In this document: piece by piece, positions 60,125 through 64,000 of the stretch
Position numbering within the stretch: the stretch's first letter is position 1
Layout of the letters: every line of letters starts with the position of its first letter
From: Acidimicrobiia bacterium
GTDB taxonomy: Bacteria > Actinomycetota > Acidimicrobiia > Spongiisociales > ZC4RG35
Length of the DNA stretch: 64,000 bases
Reading direction: 5' to 3'
NCBI GenBank assembly: GCA_026002975.1
Contig: BPGJ01000012.1
Span: 4,299-68,298, forward strand
The notes under the pieces: model-generated
What the model was told of the DNA's origin: nothing
What the model saw: only the letters and a program-made list of their open reading frames with translations
Databases searched by the model: none
Program-made: the position numbers and the translations under genes

Positions 60125-62059
60125 ATGAGTCCGGTAGCCGGTCGCCGTAACCTGGTTCCCATGCCGCCCGCCGACCCGGCCACCCGGCTCCAGAGGTCCC
60201 TCCTGGGTGGGCTGGTGCTGGTGCTGGGCCTCCAGTCGATGCGTTTCCTTTTCGGTTCGATCACCTGGTATCTGCGGGACACCGTCGGCGTGGCCACCCT
60301 GGATCTGGTGCCCATCGCCTTGGCTCCCTTCGTCGCCGGCGGCCTCGGCGGCTCTGCTCGATCGATCTTCGTGAGACCCAGGCCGTTGCTGTTCGCCGCC
60401 GTGGGGATCCTGGCGGTGGCCCGGGTGGCCAACCAGCTCCTCGACGACCCGGCGGTCGACTTGTGGTCGTCGGCTGTGGCAACCGCCGGCTTCGTGGCGT
60501 CCTGGGGGGTGCTGGCCGTCATGGGCCGGGAGGTCACGGTCGACGGCCTCCTCCTCGGCCTCGCCTTCGACTCGGCCATCAAGGGAATGTCCCTCAGCCT
60601 GGACCTCGCCTACCAACCGGGACCGGGGTCTCTGATCGCCGTCGTGGCCCTGGCCGCAGCCGCGGTCTACCTGCTGTGGGTTACGCCGGCCCCCGAGAGG
60701 AGGGGGGTCTCCTGGCCGGGGGGGCTCACCCTCCTGCTGCTGGGCCCGTTCTTGTTCTTCGAGGCTCTCGTCTTCCAGAATCAGGGCTGGTTGTCGGAGA
60801 CGGCTGGGATCGGAGGAGCCCAGGCGCAACTAGCCATCGCCCTGCTCAACGTGGCCGGGTTGGCGGCCATCCGGTTGGGGGAGCGGTCCCGGATGGCCGG
60901 GCTGGTGGGGTTGGCCGCCGCGGTCGGAGCTTTGACTGCCGCGGAGTCGCCCGCCTACGGCTGGCTGGCCGTCGTAGGAGTGCCGGGCGCGGCGCTGGCC
61001 TGGTCGGCCATGGTTCCCGATTCCGAGCACCGCCGGGTGGCTCCGGCGGCGGTGTTCGCCCCCCTCGGCCTGCTGGTGTTCCTGGGGTTTGGTCTCGCCT
61101 ACTACCTGCCCCTCGACCTGCGTCTCGGGTTCGACCAGACTCAGGCCCGGCTCGCCGGAGTGGTGTTGCTGGCCGTGGCGGGGGCGGCTGCGGTGGGTCT
61201 CCGACCTGGGGTGAGCCGGCGGTCTCCGTCTCTCCTGTGGGGATTCGGCGGGGCGATGCTGGTGTTGCCGGTGGTCGGGCTGCTCGCTGCCTCCACCGGA
61301 CGCCAGCTTCCCCAGCCCAACTCGGAGCCGCTCCGGGTGATGACCTACAACATCCACTCGGCTTTCGACATCTCGGGCCGTTTCGACGTGGAGGCCATCG
61401 CCCGGGTGATCGAGGACACCGAAGCTTCCATCGTCGCCCTCCAGGAGGTGCCCAGGGGGCGGCTGATCAGCGGCGTCACCGACGAGCTGACCCTGCTGCA
61501 GCGCCGCCTCGGTTTCGAACACGCCGCCTTCTTCGGCACCACCGACCCGACCTGGGGAAACGCGGTTCTCTCCCGCTTCCCGATCCTCGGAGTCGACACC
61601 GCCTACCTCCCTCAGGTGGGCACTCCGCTCCGCCGGGGCTACCTCGGGGTGACCGTCGACGTGGCCGGTCGGGAGCTGCTGGTGATCTCCACCCACCTCC
61701 AGCACATCAACGACCCGGCCTTCCACGACGAAGACCCGGAAGCCGACCTGTATCCGGTGCACCGAGAGCAGATCGCGATCATCCTCGACGAATGGGGTGG
61801 AGTGCGACCCGCCGTGCTGATGGGGGACTTCAACGCCCGGCCGGGCTGGCGCCAGATCACGGAGCTGCTCGCCGCCGGGTGGGTGGACGCCTGGGCGGAG
61901 GCGGGGACAGGCGACGGGTTCACCTCCAACTCGGCCGACCCGCGGTATCGGATCGACTACATCTTCCACACCCCCGACATGAGAGCGGTCGACGCCGGGG
62001 TGATCCGCTCGCAGGCCTCCGACCACTTCCCGGTGGTGGCGGACCTGGTGTTCGACTAG
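60125..62059 (+). CDS. Multi-TM protein with C-terminal EEP domain (CWH43/PGAP2IP-like architecture)
   Basis: About 400 hydrophobic residues, then MTYNIH, LQEV, GNAVLSRFP, GDFN, RIDYIF, SDH. Confidence 0.85.
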   Translation: MSPVAGRRNLVPMPPADPATRLQRSLLGGLVLVLGLQSMRFLFGSITWYLRDTVGVATLDLVPIALAPFVAGGLGGSARSIFVRPRPLLFAAVGILAVARVANQLLDDPAVDLWSSAVATAGFVASWGVLAVMGREVTVDGLLLGLAFDSAIKGMSLSLDLAYQPGPGSLIAVVALAAAAVYLLWVTPAPERRGVSWPGGLTLLLLGPFLFFEALVFQNQGWLSETAGIGGAQAQLAIALLNVAGLAAIRLGERSRMAGLVGLAAAVGALTAAESPAYGWLAVVGVPGAALAWSAMVPDSEHRRVAPAAVFAPLGLLVFLGFGLAYYLPLDLRLGFDQTQARLAGVVLLAVAGAAAVGLRPGVSRRSPSLLWGFGGAMLVLPVVGLLAASTGRQLPQPNSEPLRVMTYNIHSAFDISGRFDVEAIARVIEDTEASIVALQEVPRGRLISGVTDELTLLQRRLGFEHAAFFGTTDPTWGNAVLSRFPILGVDTAYLPQVGTPLRRGYLGVTVDVAGRELLVISTHLQHINDPAFHDEDPEADLYPVHREQIAIILDEWGGVRPAVLMGDFNARPGWRQITELLAAGWVDAWAEAGTGDGFTSNSADPRYRIDYIFHTPDMRAVDAGVIRSQASDHFPVVADLVFD

Positions 62060-62850
62060 CCGAGCAGGTCCCTCATCTGACGTTGGATGAGATGGATCGA
62101 CCGGCGAGGCGCCAGCCTTTGGAGCCGACCCATCAGCTTGGCGTCGGACCCCACGTAGATGTGGAGGCGGCGGGCTCGGATCCCATCCCAGATGATCCGG
62201 GCGGCCTCCTCCGGGGAAGTGGTCCGGGGGGTTCGTCGCCCCTCCACCCGGGGCGCTTCCACTCCGGAGTGGGCGGTGATCTCGGTGGCGACCGCCCCCG
62301 GCATGATCACCGACACTCCCACCGGGGTGTCGAGCAGCTCGGCGTAGAGAGCCTCGGTCAGCAGCTTCACCGCGGCCTTGGTGGCGCCATACACCGCCTG
62401 TCCCGGCACCGGCAGATAGCCGCCCATCGACGACACGGCGGCAACCCAACCTTCGGGGCGGTCGAGGAGGTGGGGAAGGAACGCCTTGACCACGTGGATG
62501 GTCCCGTACAGATTCACCCGTACCACCCGGTCGATTGTCGGGTAGTCGAGGTCGGCGAGTTTGACGAACGGCTGGATGATGCCGGCCACGTGGATCACCA
62601 TGTCGGCCGGACCCAACCTCTCGGTGATCTGGGCGGGAAGGGCGGCGACCGCGTCCCGGTCGGTCACGTCGCAGACGAAGGTGGCGATACGAGCCCGATC
62701 CTCCGCCAACCTCTCGGTCTCTGCGAGGTCGTCGGGTCGGATGTCCACTGCGGCGACCCGGGCGCCTCGGCGGATCGCCTCCAACACCACCTGCCGGCCG
62801 ATGCCGTTGGCTCCCCCGGTTACTACCACCGTCTTGTCCGTAGGTGTCAT
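62056..62850 (-). CDS. SDR-family oxidoreductase
   Basis: TGGANGIG, SS, YGATK. Confidence 0.92.
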   Translation of the reverse strand: MTPTDKTVVVTGGANGIGRQVVLEAIRRGARVAAVDIRPDDLAETERLAEDRARIATFVCDVTDRDAVAALPAQITERLGPADMVIHVAGIIQPFVKLADLDYPTIDRVVRVNLYGTIHVVKAFLPHLLDRPEGWVAAVSSMGGYLPVPGQAVYGATKAAVKLLTEALYAELLDTPVGVSVIMPGAVATEITAHSGVEAPRVEGRRTPRTTSPEEAARIIWDGIRARRLHIYVGSDAKLMGRLQRLAPRRSIHLIQRQMRDLLG

Positions 62851-62869
62851 ACGACCGATGTTAAGACGC

Positions 62870-62902
62870 GGAAGAGACCCCCGACGGCCGGGGGTCTCTT
62901 CC
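62870..62902. terminator. Hairpin terminator downstream of the secreted-protein gene
   Basis: Stem GGAAGAGACCCCCG/CGGGGGTCTCTTCC. Confidence 0.75.
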
Positions 62903-62916
62903 CGGATTCGGGTGGC

Positions 62917-63276
62917 CTAGGCCTTCTTGGGGTTGCCCCAGGGCGCCCTGTTGGGGTTACACAGCTGGTCGGGTGATTCCCCGAGGATCGCCTTCGCTTC
63001 CTGGGTGCTCACTCCCAGGGTGTTCTTGATCAACACCATGAACGTCCCATACGACTGGGTCCGGGTCGGTTCGGTCTCGTCGATGACGTCGTTCAGTCCG
63101 GAGAACGAACAGATCGACGCGGCTCCTTCACCGAACGAGAACCCCGCGATAGGGGTGTCGCCGCCCTGGGCACCATCCGGCCCCGTGGGCCCCTTGACCT
63201 CACCGGCCAGCGCCGCCGGTGCCACCGAAACGACCATCAAGACCGCCACAGCGGCGGCCAGCATCATCCGTCTCAT
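62917..63276 (-). CDS. Small secreted protein with two Cys
   Basis: Signal peptide ending APAALA, SICSFSGLND..QSYG..CNP; RBS GAGGAGGT. Confidence 0.8.
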   Translation of the reverse strand: MRRMMLAAAVAVLMVVSVAPAALAGEVKGPTGPDGAQGGDTPIAGFSFGEGAASICSFSGLNDVIDETEPTRTQSYGTFMVLIKNTLGVSTQEAKAILGESPDQLCNPNRAPWGNPKKA

Positions 63277-63480
63277 CCCGTACCTCCTCGCATCACCTCA
63301 GGATGGGGACGACAGACACGGGATGAACCGCGGCAGTCATCGCCAGCCCCGACTGAGGCCCTTCCCCAGCGTGGGTCAGCCTACACCCAGAGTTGCGGTT
63401 GGGGGGCGAGAGTGCCAGGAAGGGACTTTCGGCCCTGACGGTTCGACGTCGAATCGAGCGAGAGTGCCGACTCTACGTGC

Positions 63481-63915
63481 ATGTCGGTTTGGTGGCTGGT
63501 GCGGTTCTTCCACGTGGGAGCAGCCATCCTGTGGGTGGGCGGCCAGCTCGCGCTCTCCCTGATCGTGCGGCCGGCAGCAGCCACGACCCTCGCCCCCGAG
63601 GACCGGACCGCCCTGTTCGTCGAAGCCGGTAGACGGTTCGGCCGGGTCGCCACCTTGGCTCTGATGCCGGTTCTCCTCGCATCGGGACTGGCACTGGCTT
63701 GGCATCGGGGGGTAACACTCGGCTCGTTCACCCGACCCGGATACGGTTCGATACTCGGAACGAAGGTCGTCCTGGCGTTGGTCTCGTTCGGGTTGGCTGC
63801 ACTGCACGGGCTGGTGGCGACGAGAGGCGAAGCAACGTCGACCCGCTGGGTGGGTATCGCCGGGGTGGCGGTGTCGAGCCTGGTGGTGTTGTTGGCGGTC
63901 TCGTTGGTGCCATGA
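63481..63915 (+). CDS. CopD/DUF4149-like 4-TM membrane protein
   Basis: FFHVGAAILWVGG, SGL, YG.IL.TK, H. Confidence 0.75.
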   Translation: MSVWWLVRFFHVGAAILWVGGQLALSLIVRPAAATTLAPEDRTALFVEAGRRFGRVATLALMPVLLASGLALAWHRGVTLGSFTRPGYGSILGTKVVLALVSFGLAALHGLVATRGEATSTRWVGIAGVAVSSLVVLLAVSLVP

Positions 63916-64000
63916 CGGGTCGGGTGGTGGCCGCGCATCGCCTCGCCGGCTCCGCTTTCCGGTTGGCCGGGATATACGCCGGCTCGGCAGGGGTCGTCGG
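63912..64000 (+). CDS. Possible start of the next gene (truncated)
   Basis: ATGA overlap with the upstream stop; frame open to the window end. Confidence 0.4.
   Translation, partial: MTGRVVAAHRLAGSAFRLAGIYAGSAGVV

Noticed and set aside
60463-62976. Long Arg/Gly/Pro-rich ORFs (837 aa here; also 31384-33270, 17623-19377 and others)
   Set aside because: Shadow frames of well-supported genes in stop-poor high-GC DNA.
63506-63519. Second parS (CTTCCACGTGGGAG)
   Set aside because: Three mismatches to the palindrome and explained by codons.

Overview
High-GC actinobacterial chromosome segment spanning the replication origin; Acidimicrobiia-like affiliation is inferred from synteny and protein style only. 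Core blocks are rpsF-ssb-rpsR-rplI-dnaB, argCJBD-argR-argG-argH (no argF), cca, pseudokinase-ECF sigma/anti-sigma-trxB-trxA-cwlM, parB-parA-rsmG-jag-yidC-yidD-rnpA-rpmH, and dnaA-oriC-dnaN-recF-dciA-gyrB-gyrA-DUF3566. The window also holds a peptide ABC transporter, tRNA-Gly(CCC), khtT/khtU, dcd, panB, nfo, pyrE and assorted enzymes. No mobile element, CRISPR array or rRNA was seen. Several genes carry single-base indels that look like long-read sequencing errors. The most interesting signals lie outside the ORF track: (1) a candidate ~110-nt structured, C/U-rich sRNA between dcd and khtU with a sigma28-type promoter and its own terminator, with a second such promoter before an orphan PilT-like ATPase; (2) back-to-back SigF/SigB-type promoters driving a three-gene stress islet that includes an unannotated 54-aa basic protein; (3) an unannotated 50-aa CCGHPGEPGC protein whose UGA is followed by a SECIS-like hairpin; (4) an atypical 18-bp ARG-box-like operator present twice; (5) a gyrase with non-canonical quinolone-pocket residues in both subunits.
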